A DNA stretch of 64,000 bases from Octopus sinensis (Eukaryota), in the NCBI RefSeq assembly GCF_006345805.1, contig NC_043026.1, positions 4,464,001-4,528,000 of the forward strand. The letters are read 5' to 3'. The position numbers and the translations under genes were made by a program. The notes beneath the pieces were generated by a model. That model had not been told where the DNA came from, did no database searches, and was given only the letters and a program-made list of their open reading frames with translations. Positions 1 to 13,880 of the stretch are shown here, in pieces. The stretch's first letter is position 1; each line of letters begins with the position of its first letter.

Positions 1-726
1 ATATACATGCATATATGGATACAGGACATCAAAAAAATGTTGAACACAATGAGAAACGAAAACATAAAAACAAAAATATAGAAACGATCTTTTTTTGTAA
101 ACAACAGAAAAAAAACAGAGAAACGAGACATACAACGCATGGAATATTCCCCTTCTTCAGTTGTCCCTTCTTCATTACCCCACATTTCGAAAGTAAGGAC
201 AGTTTAATAAGAAATTGAAAAGAAAAGTTCAGTTGTTTACTTCTAGAATTTCTCTCTGTAGACATGTAGTAAGAGTTGCACTGTTGCATGTCTGCTATTA
301 AAATATCCTCTTGTATCTTATGCTGTTGTTTCTCTCTTATTTCAGAATATCAGACAACTGTGACATCAAAGAATTGCTTTCATCAGATTCATCATCAACA
401 TCTGTTATCTTTTAAAGACCAAAGAAAAACGTTACATGCGACAAATATATAAACTCTGTGAAATATTTCTTCTGAACGGAGATTAATGGCAGCGTTTCCC
501 TACTCTACAGTCTGCAGTATGTACAAGATGAATTTGCTTACTTGTAATTAAATTTGGATGAAAATCAGAGTTGATGAGAAAATAGCTGTAAAACATTTGA
601 AATAAATGAACAATAAAAAGTGAAAGAAGGAAATAAATTTATATTGTTCTGGGAGAAGAGAAAAACTATTGAAACAATGGATAATGTTACAGACTTAAAG
701 GATTGATTTATTATTTTGTTGAAGAG

Positions 727-1338
<612 letters not shown>

Positions 1339-1900
1339 CTATATCAGTGTGTTGGATATTTTTCTGAAAATACTCATTTAACTAAATCTAAGCACATTCA
1401 TACAGAGAAGCTTTTATGACTGATATCTGTAGTGAATCCTTCTCTCAACTGACTTTACTAAACACAAATGTGTTCATACATGAGAAAGTCCATATCACTG
1501 TGATATCCATTGTAAATCATTCTATATAACTGGTGCTTTGAATAGACACAAACATATTCATACACAAAGGAGGCCATACCATTGTGATATCGGTAGTAAA
1601 TCATTCTGTAATTTAAATACCTTAGTTACAAACATATTCATACAAGAAATCAATATAGCTGTGATATCCGTAGTAAATCATTCACGTGAAGGTTTCATTT
1701 AACTACTCATATATGCATTCATATGGAAGATAAACCATATCACTGTGACATCTGTGGTGTATCATTTTCTCAAGCAAACGTTTTACATTCTCACAAATGT
1801 GTTCAGACAGGAGGAAAGTCACAGCATTGTGATGTCTCTGAGAAATCATTCCCTGACAAAAGGGAATTATCTCTCCATTTAGCTATTCACTTAGGAAGTA
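1339..1900 (+). pseudogene. Further decayed C2H2 fingers with frameshifts and stops
   Basis: Recurring catatcactgtgatatc...aaatcattc motifs. The ORF at 1723-1941 keeps YHCDICGVSFSQANVLHSHKC. Confidence 0.8.
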
Positions 1901-2274
1901 CAACTGTATTATTGGTCCAAATTCGTTACCTTACACAATGATAAACCTCTCAAGACAATTTTTTTATTCGCTGAAGCAATATCTACCCTCGACTTTTCCT
2001 AATCACTCATCTCATTTTGTTTCCCCATTTTGAAATAATCTTTAAAAGCTAAATGCTTTTCCTGATGCCAGCCGTTTAATCACCTTTTACATTCCATAGG
2101 CAGGGCATGCCATACATGTGCTGTAAAACCAAGATGCAGTGTTTGTCACAGTTCATTCTATGATAACTTATATAATCATCAATGCATTCTCAAAGGAAAG
2201 AAAATATAATGCTATTATTTTACATATAACTACTACTGTGTCGACATAATTGTGGTAACTTACTGCTGTAGTAT

Positions 2275-3075
2275 TTCTAATAAAAATCCTTTATTCACTA
2301 CGCTTGTATGTATTCCATCAGGCCTGCCCCACTCTTCCCCACCTGTTCCTGTAAATTATCCAACATCATGTCGCTTCTGTTGTCCCTCTCCTGTCTACTG
2401 TGTCATCATTACTCTTCTGCTGCTTTGAATTCTCAGTCACTTCCTACTCCCCTATGTGTCTTGCATCATTGCAGGTTGTCTACTTGCCATCTCTTCACCC
2501 TTCCACAATCGCCCACCCCTCCACCAACTGTCCCACACTTTTCTTCCCTCTGCCCCACTCATTCTTGTACTTTGAAGGTCAACTCTAACACCTCATCACC
2601 CCTATGTTTATCTCTTTCCATGAGATTCCCCATGATCCTTCCCTCCTCTTCTCAATTCAGCTGTCACAGCTTTACTACTCTCCTCTCAGTTTCTCTATCT
2701 CTCCCTCAGTCTGTTTGTCTCAGTCCTATATGAGAATCTATTTGTCAGTGTCTGTCTGTCTGTCTTTCTGCCTTCTCAATTATATATCGTCTTGACTGCG
2801 TGGCCTATAATTTACATCAATAAATGTCAGGTCATTCTAGTTTCTAATAAAAATCCTTTATTCACTACGCTTGTATGTATTCCATCATGCCTGCCCCACT
2901 CTTCCCCACCTGTTCCTGCAAGTTTTCCAACATCATGTCGCTTCTGTTGTCCCTCTCCTGTCTACTGTAGCCATCTGTCTGTATGTCAGAGCCTGTTTGT
3001 CTTTCTATCTCCGAATCTGTCCCTCTGTCTTCTCAATCACTTATCTTCTTCACTGTGTGGCCTATAATCTTTACT
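2275..3075. repeat. Partial direct duplication (~125 bp at ~2275-2400 and ~2840-2967, plus a weaker second block)
   Basis: tttctaataaaaatcctttattcactacgcttgtatgtattccatc...cctgtctactg occurs twice. Confidence 0.8.
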
Positions 3076-3239
3076 TTTTACATCATTTCTCTCTGAAGAC
3101 ATTATGAAATCTAAATAAAGCTGGTTTATTCTTAAATTATTTTTGTGTCATTTTTACATGTAGAACATCGGATCAAATCATATGTTGATCCAATCAGTAA
3201 ACTATGGATTTCGCAGATTTGGCATTATTTTATATACAT

Positions 3240-3790
3240 TTTTATAGAGAACCCATTTCTCATCTCCAGTCACTATTCAGTCCAAAAATGGTTCATTCGT
3301 GAGATGTGACAGCAAAGAAGAGCACACATTCACTCACTGCGTGCAATTAGACTTGGAAAATTTGTGAGGAACCCATTGACTCTATTTGTTGACTTTTTCA
3401 ATGGCACGCAGGTGTTGATGAATGGTTGAGTAACCAAATCCAAGTTTCTGCTAGCTCCTCAACAGTTACAATGGGATTTTGTTCCACTAGGGTTTGCAGG
3501 ATGTCCTCATCAAGCTCTACAGATCTTCCAGGACAAAACTCGTCTTCTAGGCTATAGTTTCTGACTCGGAATTTCTGGAACCACCGTTGACACTGGCTTA
3601 CACTTATTGTCCAATCCCCATACACTGCATTAATATTCCTTGCATTTTCCGTTGTGTTGTTGCCTTGATTGAACTCATAAAACAAAATATGCCGAATATG
3701 CTCCTTTGTCACTTCCATTATAACTTTGAAAAAATAGCTGTTAAAAATGAACTGCACTCTTCAAAACTTGCACTAAGGGTAAGGACAAGG
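3240..3790 (-). mobile_element. Mariner transposase remnant (N-terminal HTH to first catalytic Asp)
   Basis: MEVTKEHIRHILFYEF...CQRWFQKFR from 3718. After a frameshift it continues as WVPHKF and IVTGDEKWVLY, with stops. Confidence 0.85.
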
Positions 3791-4995
3791 TAAAATTATT
3801 ACTGTAAAAACCCATGTAATTTGCACACCTGTGTAATTTATGCAGGTGATTTCCAGGATAAAAATTGTTAAAAAAAGCACCCAAAGTTTTCAGAATTACC
3901 AATATGGCCAGGGGTAAAAGGTTTTCAATTTAGTTGTATTTAGCATAATTTCACTTATGATTAGATTTTATTAAATTTTCTTTAAGTAAGAATAATTTCT
4001 AATTAACAGGTATCACATTGAAATCTGTTAAATTACAAAGTATTTGTGTTGTTTATAATAAACTTTATTTTACATTTCTTGGCCACGAGAGATAATGTCC
4101 GATCTTTAGCATACTTTTGTATGTCTTCTCAAATCAGGATCACAGGAAAAGTTTTTGATAAGAATTATCAACAAAAACAAAGCGGATAAAGTGTTGCAAA
4201 TTAAGTTTAATTAGCAATAAACATCAGCTTGGATGACACTTTACTCAACCGACAAAGGAAGGTGACCAATCAAACTGATGATGGAAACAGAATTCTTTTC
4301 TGCAGAGTCTAGTCAGAACCTTTGATATGGAGGATCGAAATTTTAATCCCTTTCACACTTATAAAATGTCAAGCAAACTTAAACATTTGTCATTACTTTT
4401 ATTGTCAGTATGGGCAGAACTTATGAATCGTTTGCTGCGAAGGAGAAATTAAATATGTGCTCCATTGCGATAGATAGAAGCTCCAAGCAATGTAAAATAT
4501 GGCCTGGACCGTGTTTACCAGCATGAACGTCAGACTTCAAAAACTAGTTAACCATTCAATGGTTTTAGTAAATTTATACAGAAAAAGTAAGCATTATACC
4601 GTCCAGCATAAACAGAAGTCAACTTCATTATGCGTATTTAAGCCATTATTTTCTCTGTAAAAAACTATTCTGACATTAAATGAGTCAACTTCCGGAACAA
4701 ATGTTTACGTTTCGTACATCTTTTTCCAATAAAAGAAATTTCAAAATAAATTCTGGAAACAATCTACTCATGTAATTCATGCAGCCCCTAAAATTTATTT
4801 TCATTTTTGCGAAAAAAAAAGTGCATAAATTACGTGGGTTTTTATGATATGCTATGGTTACTATGGTTACTACCTGTGACCTTAGGTATCCTCAAGTTTT
4901 CAGCAGTCTTTCAAGAGTTTGGGACCCTCCTGATAATCCTTGCTCTCCCTAAGACACAAATTTTCTGTAGGAGCTCTGTCGGGCATTGTAAATAA

Positions 4996-5044
<49 letters not shown>

Positions 5045-5099
5045 CTTTAGTTATGGTATATTCTGTTCGGGACGTAGTAGAGAACAGTATGAAGCTCAT

Positions 5100-6660
5100 C
5101 CACTTTCAGATTTTACCCAGTGCCACCCAGCAGTAGTATTATACATACTGCCAGATTTCATAGTGCTAGCTACCCACTTTCACCCAGATCTTGTCATAAT
5201 ATTTGCATGTCTGACAAGCTCATTTTTCAACTCCCTGAACATCATTACAACATGACATTTTACTACTTTGAATTCCTCCATGACAGATGACAGGGGAAGT
5301 TGTGATTGTTCAGATCTTATGTACAGACCTATTGAAGTGAAGCTTGAGGGAACGTCTTGCCATCTTTGGAGGTATTTATTTACCTTCCTTTCCACCCTAG
5401 TCCGTGTCGGTAGAGCCATGCCCTGTATTTTTCTGGAAACCCTGATCTTTCAGTCCTCCTCAGCCACTCTTCTTCTTGCTTCACAGAATTGGTGACATTG
5501 CTTCTGACAGAGCGACTTCTAAAACATCTTTCCAAGACATTTAATCAGATTTTCCTCTGTTGATGGTATGGCTTCTCCTTGCACTTGTAGCTTAATTTTG
5601 TTTGTTACTTTACCTCCTCTGGTTACCATACCCCTATATTTGGGAGGCTTAAACTTCTTTCTAACGAATATTACCATGTGTTCAAATGAGGTCAGCAATA
5701 TTTCTGCCTCCACATGGGTTGTAGTTGTTACCATGATATCATCCATGAAACCCCTTATTGGCTGCTGACAGCTGCCTGATTCCATTGGCCTTGGCCTTCA
5801 TTTTCAGCAGCTGACACCAGGAGATTCATAGCCATGATGAAAAGAATGAGGGAGATTGTGCAACCAGTTATGATTCCTTTCTCAAGGTCTTGCCACTGAC
5901 TTGTGAAGTGGGCTGTTCTGAAACATAACTCGATGCCTCCAAAGTGATTGCTGATTATTCCCTCAACAGGTGAGGAATATGGTAACAGTCAAGGGCTGCA
6001 TATATGAGGCTGTGAGGAATTGATCCACATGCATTTTCCAGATCCAGCCAAACCACTGTCATGTCATCTTTACTTCTTTTGGCCTCCCGAATCAGCTGGT
6101 TGTGTTCCAGACAGCCCGAGAAACCTGAGACCCCTACCTTTCTGGATAGAGGTGTTTATATATTCATTGTATGAGGTCACCCTTTTTTGGTCAGTACAGA
6201 AGGTTTTTCCCTCAACACTCAGGAAGGAGAATGGTCCTGAATTTGTTAATGGCTGATGAGTTTTCTTCCTTTGGCAGCACAAAACTTCCTTTCGGTGGAA
6301 TGATACCATTTGTCCAGATCTTTCAGAATAGTGTCCACAGCCTCTGAAGGAGCCATGGGCATTTCTTGTATACTTTATAAGGTACACCACTTGGACAGGA
6401 GCTGATCCTGATCTGGCCCCTTTCACAACCACTCGTCCCACTTCTTTCCAGAATGCACAACTGACGTTGAACTCATTTCCTGGTATTTCAGCTCTACAGA
6501 CTTTTGGGTTAACATTAGGAGCTTGATTTCTGAGGTTATGGTTGTAGATCTCTCCCCCTCCACCCAGAAAAGCTTCTGCCTCTTCTCTGGAGCTGGTCCA
6601 TTTCCCTGATTTGGTCCTCCCATGTCCCAACACTGTTCGGGTCAGCTTGAAAGGGTCCAC
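5100..6660 (-). mobile_element. HERO-like (RLE-type) non-LTR retrotransposon RT remnant
   Basis: Frameshifted peptides SVEGKTF, EYINTSIQKG, TVVWLDLENACGSIPH, WQDLEKGIITGCTIS, PIRGFMDD and SFTSIGLY..QLPLSSVMEEFKV match recalled HERO RT motifs. Confidence 0.8.
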
Positions 6661-6727
6661 CTGTCATGTGCGTGTATATGTATGCGTTTGTGTATGTGTG
6701 TATGCGTGTGTGTGTGTATGTGTGTCT

Positions 6728-6955
6728 ACAGACGAGGGAGTTTTGAAATGTTTCTGGCTTCAGGTAAAACAAAATAGAGACGAATCACTTCATTAGCATT
6801 CTATTCAACATATTCTCCCCTCTCACATTCACACACTTGTTGCAGTGGCCCTTCAGTTTTTCTAAGCCCTGGGAAAAAGAACACAGCTGGTTCGGTCTCC
6901 AGCCAGTCCTCTGCAGCAGTGGCCATGCCGGGTACTTTTCATCAACCGCTGTATA
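6728..6955. mobile_element. Mariner-derived MITE / internally deleted element
   Basis: Imperfect terminal inverted repeats (acgagggagttttgaaatgtttctggc ... gccgggtacttttcatcaaccgctgta). The minus strand encodes a mariner-like C-terminus, CNKCVNVRGE. Confidence 0.65.
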
Positions 6956-7334
6956 CACATACCTACCCACCTAACTACACACACGGATGGATTAACGCAG
7001 AGACATTCAACTAAAGGGAGATAACCATTCATATACCATTAACAGAAAATTAGCTCGGTCAAGACAGCATATATACACACACACACACACACAGATAGAT
7101 GGATAGAGAGAGAGACAGATATATCGATAGGTAGATAGGCAGATAGACAGATAAATAGATAGATAAATGTATAGACTATTTGTAGTGATGTACAGATTTT
7201 ATGCTTTAAAGAAAGGAGTTTGTGAGAATTTTGGATAATTCGTTATAAGTGTTTTCATCTCATTCATTGGAACTTGTCAGATTTGAGTTTTACAGGAAAC
7301 TTTGTCTTTTGTTGAAATCTGTTTTGCTTTGTTA

Positions 7335-7377
<43 letters not shown>

Positions 7378-7599
7378 AGAAAAAGAGAAAAGATGCGATG
7401 AGACTTCTCTCATCGCATCGTAAGAGAGAAAGAAGAGAAAAGAGAAAAAAGGGATAAAGAAAGGAAGAAGGGAGATAGAGAGACAAGCGATCTTTTTTCT
7501 TGTTTTGTTTAGTTTTTTTCTGTAAGATGGCTTTCATTTTAATATTTCGGGATGGTTTGCTGTTTGTAGTTTTTCCCAAGGGACCAATTTCCAGATGCC

Positions 7600-7995
7600 A
7601 GTTTTGTGATTTTAAAAGAAGGTGGCGGAGGAATAAAGGGCCAAAACCACCAATGGAGAGTGCTTTGCCAACTTCCTGAGGCAGTTGTGGAATGCTCTCA
7701 AGACCAAACGCCAAGGAAAACTGAAGAATGGGGAATTGTTTCATCAAGACAATGCTCCAGCACACAAGTCCTTCGTTTCAATGGTTGCCGTGCGTGACTG
7801 TGGCTTTGAACGGGTTAATCGCCCTCCCTATTCTCCGGATTTGGCCCCATCTGATCCCCAACATGAAGTAACATTTGGCTGGGAACCAGTATCGCAGTGA
7901 TGATGATGTCATATCTTCTGTCGATGCCTTTTTTGTTGTTGTTCAACAGGATGAGCGCTTCTTCAGCAAACGGAGCCAAGCACTGCAACACCAAA
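7600..7995 (+). mobile_element. Mariner transposase catalytic-domain remnant
   Basis: LFHQDNAPAH ... PPYSPDLAPSD, followed by a frameshifted HLAGNQYRSDDDVIS. Confidence 0.9.
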
Positions 7996-8606
7996 GGGAT
8001 GAGAGAAGGTAAGAGAGAGAAAGAAAAGAGAAAAAAAAGGGATAAAGAAAGGAAGAAAGAAGACAGAGAGAAAAGGGATCTTTGTTCTAGTTTTGTTTAG
8101 AAGAAATGTGGGGACCTCAAGGGGGGACTATATCGGAAAATAAACCCCATTTGGTCACCTTCCGTCAGAGAATCTTGGTCAGCCTATGGACCTTTCAGCC
8201 GACCCCCGTAAAAGGCATTCCATAAAAATACTTTTTTCATATATGGTTTCATATAATGCTCGAAATAACAGCGAAGTCGTCACAAATTTGTGTTGTTCTT
8301 CCCCTTATGCAATATTTAGATGGCGAATACAAATAATCTCTCTCTCTCCCTCCCGACTTTACTCCACCTCTCTTGCTTTTTCTCATTCTCTTTATCATTA
8401 GCTCTCCCTCTCTCTCTCTCTCTCAGCTTTTCTCTCTCTTTTAATAAACATTTTTCTTTCATTTTATGTCCCTCCCCCTCTCGCTATCCCTCTCTGACAT
8501 ATTTTTCTTTTCCCTCTCTTCTTCCCTCCCACCACTAATGTTACACACACACACAAAGCAGCCCCTAACCGCCCAGTCAAAAAATCACGTAATTCCAAGG
8601 GAGGCT

Positions 8607-9203
8607 ACAAAAATGAAGCGTCCATCTCGTCTTTCACTCAATGTAGAATGAGGAAGCTTGGATGTTGAGGTAATATAAATAAATAAGCGAGTAAATAAAT
8701 ATATAAATACACACAGACGTGAAAGAATAGGGATAAATGTAGAGGGGTGAGAATTAAGGACGAAGGCTAGAGGAATATAAAAAAATATACAAAGATAAAA
8801 AAGTAAAAAAGTATAAACGTAGTAATATAAAATATAAATATATAAAAGAATATATTCTTTTATATATTTATATTTTTACATCCCTTTATATCTTTTTATA
8901 TCTTTTATATATTTTGTTATATATTTTTTAAATTTCTATGTTCTTTTATATTTTTTATATTTCTTTATATATTTATATTTTATATTACTACGTTTATACT
9001 TATTTACTTTTTTATCTTGGTATATTTTTTTATATTCCTCTAGCCTTCCTCCTTAATTCTCACCCCTCTACATTTATCCCTATTCTTTCACGTCTGTGTG
9101 TATTTATATATTTATTTACTCGCTTATTTATTTATATTACCTCAACATCCAAGCTTCCTCATTCTACATTGAGTGAAAGACGAGATGGACGCTTCATTTT
9201 TGT
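8607..9203. repeat. Fold-back element: ~240-bp inverted arms around an AT-rich spacer
   Basis: acaaaaatgaagcgtccatctcgtctttcactcaatg... is the reverse complement of ...cattgagtgaaagacgagatggacgcttcatttttgt. Confidence 0.9.
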
Positions 9204-9429
9204 GCTGGTGCCCCACTATGTCGTACGCGACTGAGAGGATTTGCATCCCCAACGTAGAATCTATGATGTAATACATGTCCTTCAAGTAGTAATTGTGCGC
9301 AGCTGAAGAAGGCCATAGACACACATTATGCATTGTTATAAGTCAGTCTAATAAAGGCCCGAAACATATGTACCGCTGAATCCTTGGCATCATGTTTTTA
9401 TTTTGATTAATTTATATATATATATATAT

Positions 9430-9627
9430 CAGGGGTTCCCAACCCGTCCTTGCCGACCGCTGAGGGGTCGTCAAACCTTGGTAGCAGGGTCACGTAGCCT
9501 TGCTGGAAGTGGCTTGGGATAGTGTTAAATAATTAAAATGTAAATCAAGCTGTTGATAGTCGGGGGTCGCATGGGCTTCAAGCTTTTGGCTAAGGGGTCG
9601 CAAGTGCAGAAGCATTGGGAACTACTG
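9430..9627. mobile_element. hAT-type MITE
   Basis: Ends caggggttcccaa ... ttgggaactactg, inserted in a TA tract. Confidence 0.65.
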
Positions 9628-9640
9628 ATATACATACATG

Positions 9641-9772
<132 letters not shown>

Positions 9773-9868
9773 GTATATATATGTATATATATATATATAG
9801 GAGCTGGCAGAATCGTTTGCATGCCGGCCAAAATGTTTAATGGTATTTCGTGTGTCTTTTCATTTTAT

Positions 9869-10245
9869 AGGCACAAGAGTGGCTGTGTGGTAAGTAGCTT
9901 CCTTACCAACCACATGGTTCCGGGTTCAGTCCCCCTGCGTGGCAACTTGGGCAAGTGTCTTCTACTATAGCCTCGGGCTGATAAAAGGCTTGTGAGTCAA
10001 TTTTGTAGATGGAAACTGAAAGAAACCCATCATATATATGTGTATATATATATACATGTATGTATGTGTATGTTTGTGTGTCTGTGTCCCCACCAACATC
10101 GTTTGACAACCGAAGCTGGTGTGTTTACGTCGCCGTAACCTAGCGGTTCGGCAAAAGAGACCTATAGAATAAGCACTAGTCTTACTAAAGGCGGTGCTCC
10201 AGCATGGCAGCAGACAAATGACAAAAACAAATTAATAAATAAAAG
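9869..10245 (+). mobile_element. tRNA-derived SINE family A copy, preceded by a family B SINE head at ~9800-9850
   Basis: A-box-like tggctgtgtgg, B-box-like ggttcagtcc, a central TA/TG tract, and the tail ggcggtgctccagcatgg. Confidence 0.85.
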
Positions 10246-10268
10246 ATATATATATAAATATATATATA

Positions 10269-10714
10269 GGAAAAAGTAAAGAGTGAAAAAACTACAGAAG
10301 GCTTAAATGTTAAAAAATATATATATTTGCGTCAATATGTCTGAAGAATATTAAAAAATGAAAAAAAAATTTTTTTCTCTTATAATGACATAATTTAAAA
10401 GAAAGACCGGTTTCGCATGTAGCTTTTTAAGTTTCTTGCGACGTTATGTTTATGTTGAATAGAGTTTTCGTTTATGTTCAGGAGAGTTCTAAATAAGGGA
10501 AGTTCTAAATAACGAAAACTCTATTCAACATAAACATAACGTCGCAAGAAATTTGAAAAGCTACACGCGAAATCGGTCTTTCTTTTAAATTATGTCATTA
10601 TAAGACAAAAAAATTTTTTTTTAATTTTCTAATATTCTTCAGACATATTGATGCAAATATATATATTTTTTAACATTTAAGCCTTCTGTAGTTTTTTCCC
10701 TCTTTACTTTTTCC
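10269..10714. repeat. Fold-back element with ~210-bp arms, flanked by TA
   Basis: ggaaaaagtaaagag...gagttttcgttta is the reverse complement of taacgaaaactc...ctttactttttcc. The spacer is ~30 bp. Confidence 0.9.
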
Positions 10715-10749
10715 TATATATTCACCCACGTGCTTTCACAAACCAACTT

Positions 10750-10761
10750 TCTTATATATAA

Positions 10762-10809
<48 letters not shown>

Positions 10810-10840
10810 GTATATATATATGTATGTATGTATGTATGTA

Positions 10841-10873
<33 letters not shown>

Positions 10874-11097
10874 ATATAATATATATATATATATATATAA
10901 GTATAGGAAAGAATGGAGCTGAACGAAGATTTAACAAAATTCCTTTATTTTATTTTCGACATATGTTTCGAAGTCTGCAAAATCCCTAATTCATATATAT
11001 ATATATATATACATATATATATGTATATATATATGTATGTATATATATATATATATCCACATTTATATATCCATATATATATATGTATGTGTATATA

Positions 11098-11128
<31 letters not shown>

Positions 11129-11198
11129 GTGTTGTGTGTGTATATATATATATACATATATGTATATATATTCGTGTGTATATATATGTATGTATAAT

Positions 11199-11265
<67 letters not shown>

Positions 11266-11560
11266 GAGGGGTTTTCTTCAATTTTCTGCTAACAAAAGGA
11301 TCACAATTTTCTGATCAGCCAAAAGCATAATATCAATGAATGTATGTGAGTGTGTGTGTGTGTGTGTGTGCATGTATGCATATGTGTATGTGTGTATATG
11401 TATGCGTATGTGTGTGTGTGTAGAAAATATATATATATATATACACTAACTTCCTTACATATATACACCCATATATGCACACATGTATATCTATATATAC
11501 ACACACATATATATGTATTTATCCATATATATGTTTATACATGGATACATACACACACAC
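10750..11560. repeat. Compound (TA)n/(TATG)n/(TG)n microsatellite region
   Basis: Read directly from the sequence. Confidence 0.95.
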
Positions 11561-11577
11561 ACACCTGTTTGTATATT

Positions 11578-12185
11578 CTTTACTCTTTTACTTGTTACAA
11601 TCATTTGACTGTGGCCATGCTGGAGCACCGCCTATAGTCGAGCAAATCGACACCAGGACTTTTTCTTTGTAAGCCCAGTACTTATTCTATCGGTCTCTTT
11701 TGCCGAACCGCTAAGTTACGTAATCACACCAGCATCGGTTGTCAAGTGATGTTGGGGACACACACACACACAAACATACACACACACACATATATATATA
11801 CATATATACGATGAGCTTCTTTCAGTTTCCGTCTACCAAATCCACTCACAATGCTTTGGTCGGCCTGAGGCTATAGTAGAAGACACTTGCCCAAGGTGCC
11901 ACGCAGTGGGACTGAACCCGGAACCATGTGGCTGGTAAACAAGTTACTTACCACACGGCCCCTCCTACACCTATGTATAATTTTATTCTATTACTTGTTT
12001 CAATCTTCTGAATGTGGCCACGCTGGAGCACTGCCTTAAAGGTTCAGAGAGATCGACCCCAGGACATATTCTTTGTAAGCCAAGGACTTGTTCTATCGGT
12101 TTCTCTTGGTGAACCGCTATGTGTGGGGATGTAAATACACCAACATCGGTTGTCAACCGTTTGTGGGAGGATGGGAGGGCAAACA
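11578..12185 (-). mobile_element. SINE family A: full copy (11578-11972) plus an adjacent 3' partial copy
   Basis: Reverse complement of the family A head and tail motifs. Confidence 0.85.
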
Positions 12186-12226
12186 GCGACACACATACAT
12201 GAATATATATATATTATATATATATA

Positions 12227-12276
<50 letters not shown>

Positions 12277-12799
12277 TTGTGTGTGTGTGTATATATATAT
12301 GTATGTATATGCATATATATATTTACTGTAACTGTGTGTGTGTGTATGTATTTACGTGTATATATATATGTTTAATTATATATGTATATATAAGGGTGTA
12401 TACTTGTGTATATTTATACCCCTGTATATGTATGTTTGTGTATGTGTGTCTGTGCGAGTGTGTGGATGCACATTTTTAGTGTGTTGCACTCATGATACTA
12501 AGATTAAGGTTTCAATTCCTGGATTGGGTGATAGATTGTTTTCTTGAGCAACACTCTTCATTCCACTTCCCCCAATTTATTCGGCTAGTAAAAACAAGGA
12601 ATCCAACGATGGCCCACCTTCCTCTTCATTGGAGGAAATATATACATGACAGAATAAGGGAAACCGGCCTTATGAGTCGATAATTTGTGCTGTGTGAGTC
12701 AATGACTCAGGAAAGTTTTGATATGGTTTCATAATACACACATGCACAGACATATAATTCTTTTACACGTTTCTTTACACATGTAGCTGTGGTCATGCT

Positions 12800-12960
12800 G
12801 GAGCACCACCATGGTCTTGCCGCTTTTCTCAGTCGTTTGCCCCAGCTGTAATCTTGTGTGTCATCTTTGATTTTTTTATTGCCTCTGATAATTTTGTATC
12901 GTTAGCATAGCTGGTAACTATGGCTGTCTGAGGGGCCACTGGCATGTCTAAGAGGGCTAC
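12800..12960 (-). mobile_element. CR1-group RT fragment
   Basis: SYANDTKLSEAIK resembles SYADDTKVSQKIQ of the copy at 56302-56685. Confidence 0.55.
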
Positions 12961-12996
12961 AAATACATACATACATACATATAGACATATATGTAT

Positions 12997-13250
12997 CATC
13001 ATCATCGTCATCGTCTTTAACGTCTGCTTCCATGCTGGCATGAATTGGACAGTTTGACTGAGGGCTGGCATACCAGAAGGCTGCACCAGGCCCCAATCTC
13101 ATCTGGCAAAGTTTCTGCAGTTGGATACCATTCCTAATGCCAACCACTCTGAGAGTGAAGTCGGTGCTTTTTATGTGCCACAGGCATCAGGGCCACTGAG
13201 GCAGTGCTGGCATCAAGCATGCTTGAATGATGCATTTTATGTGCCACCGT
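12997..13250 (-). mobile_element. RTE 3'-end fragment with (GAT)n tail
   Basis: Matches the 3' end of the RTE copy at 45830-46095. Confidence 0.75.
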
Positions 13251-13269
13251 CACATACGTATGTAGTATA

Positions 13270-13304
13270 GATTTATGTATGTTTTTTGTATGTATATATA
13301 TATG

Positions 13305-13358
<54 letters not shown>

Positions 13359-13375
13359 GTAATATATATATGTAC

Positions 13376-13426
<51 letters not shown>

Positions 13427-13519
13427 CGACTCATACATATATATTTATATTGAATATATACATAATAATTGTCACATTTACATTTACAGATATATATACA
13501 CACCACACACACACACCAC

Positions 13520-13614
<95 letters not shown>

Positions 13615-13634
13615 ATTGTCACATTTACATTTAC

Positions 13635-13685
<51 letters not shown>

Positions 13686-13709
13686 GTATATTATATATAT
13701 ATATTATTA

Positions 13710-13779
<70 letters not shown>

Positions 13780-13801
13780 ATTGTCACATTTACATTTACA
13801 G

Positions 13802-13833
<32 letters not shown>

Positions 13834-13880
13834 TATATATATATATGTATATATATATATCTATATATATATATATATGT

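Noticed and set aside
2308-2733. 141-aa Ser/Leu/Pro-rich ORF
   Set aside because: It arises from pyrimidine-rich low-complexity sequence and has no domain signature.
4080-4800. Possible decayed hAT transposase (CSIAIDRSS resembles FSLALDES)
   Set aside because: Only one weak motif, and I could not establish a frame or termini.
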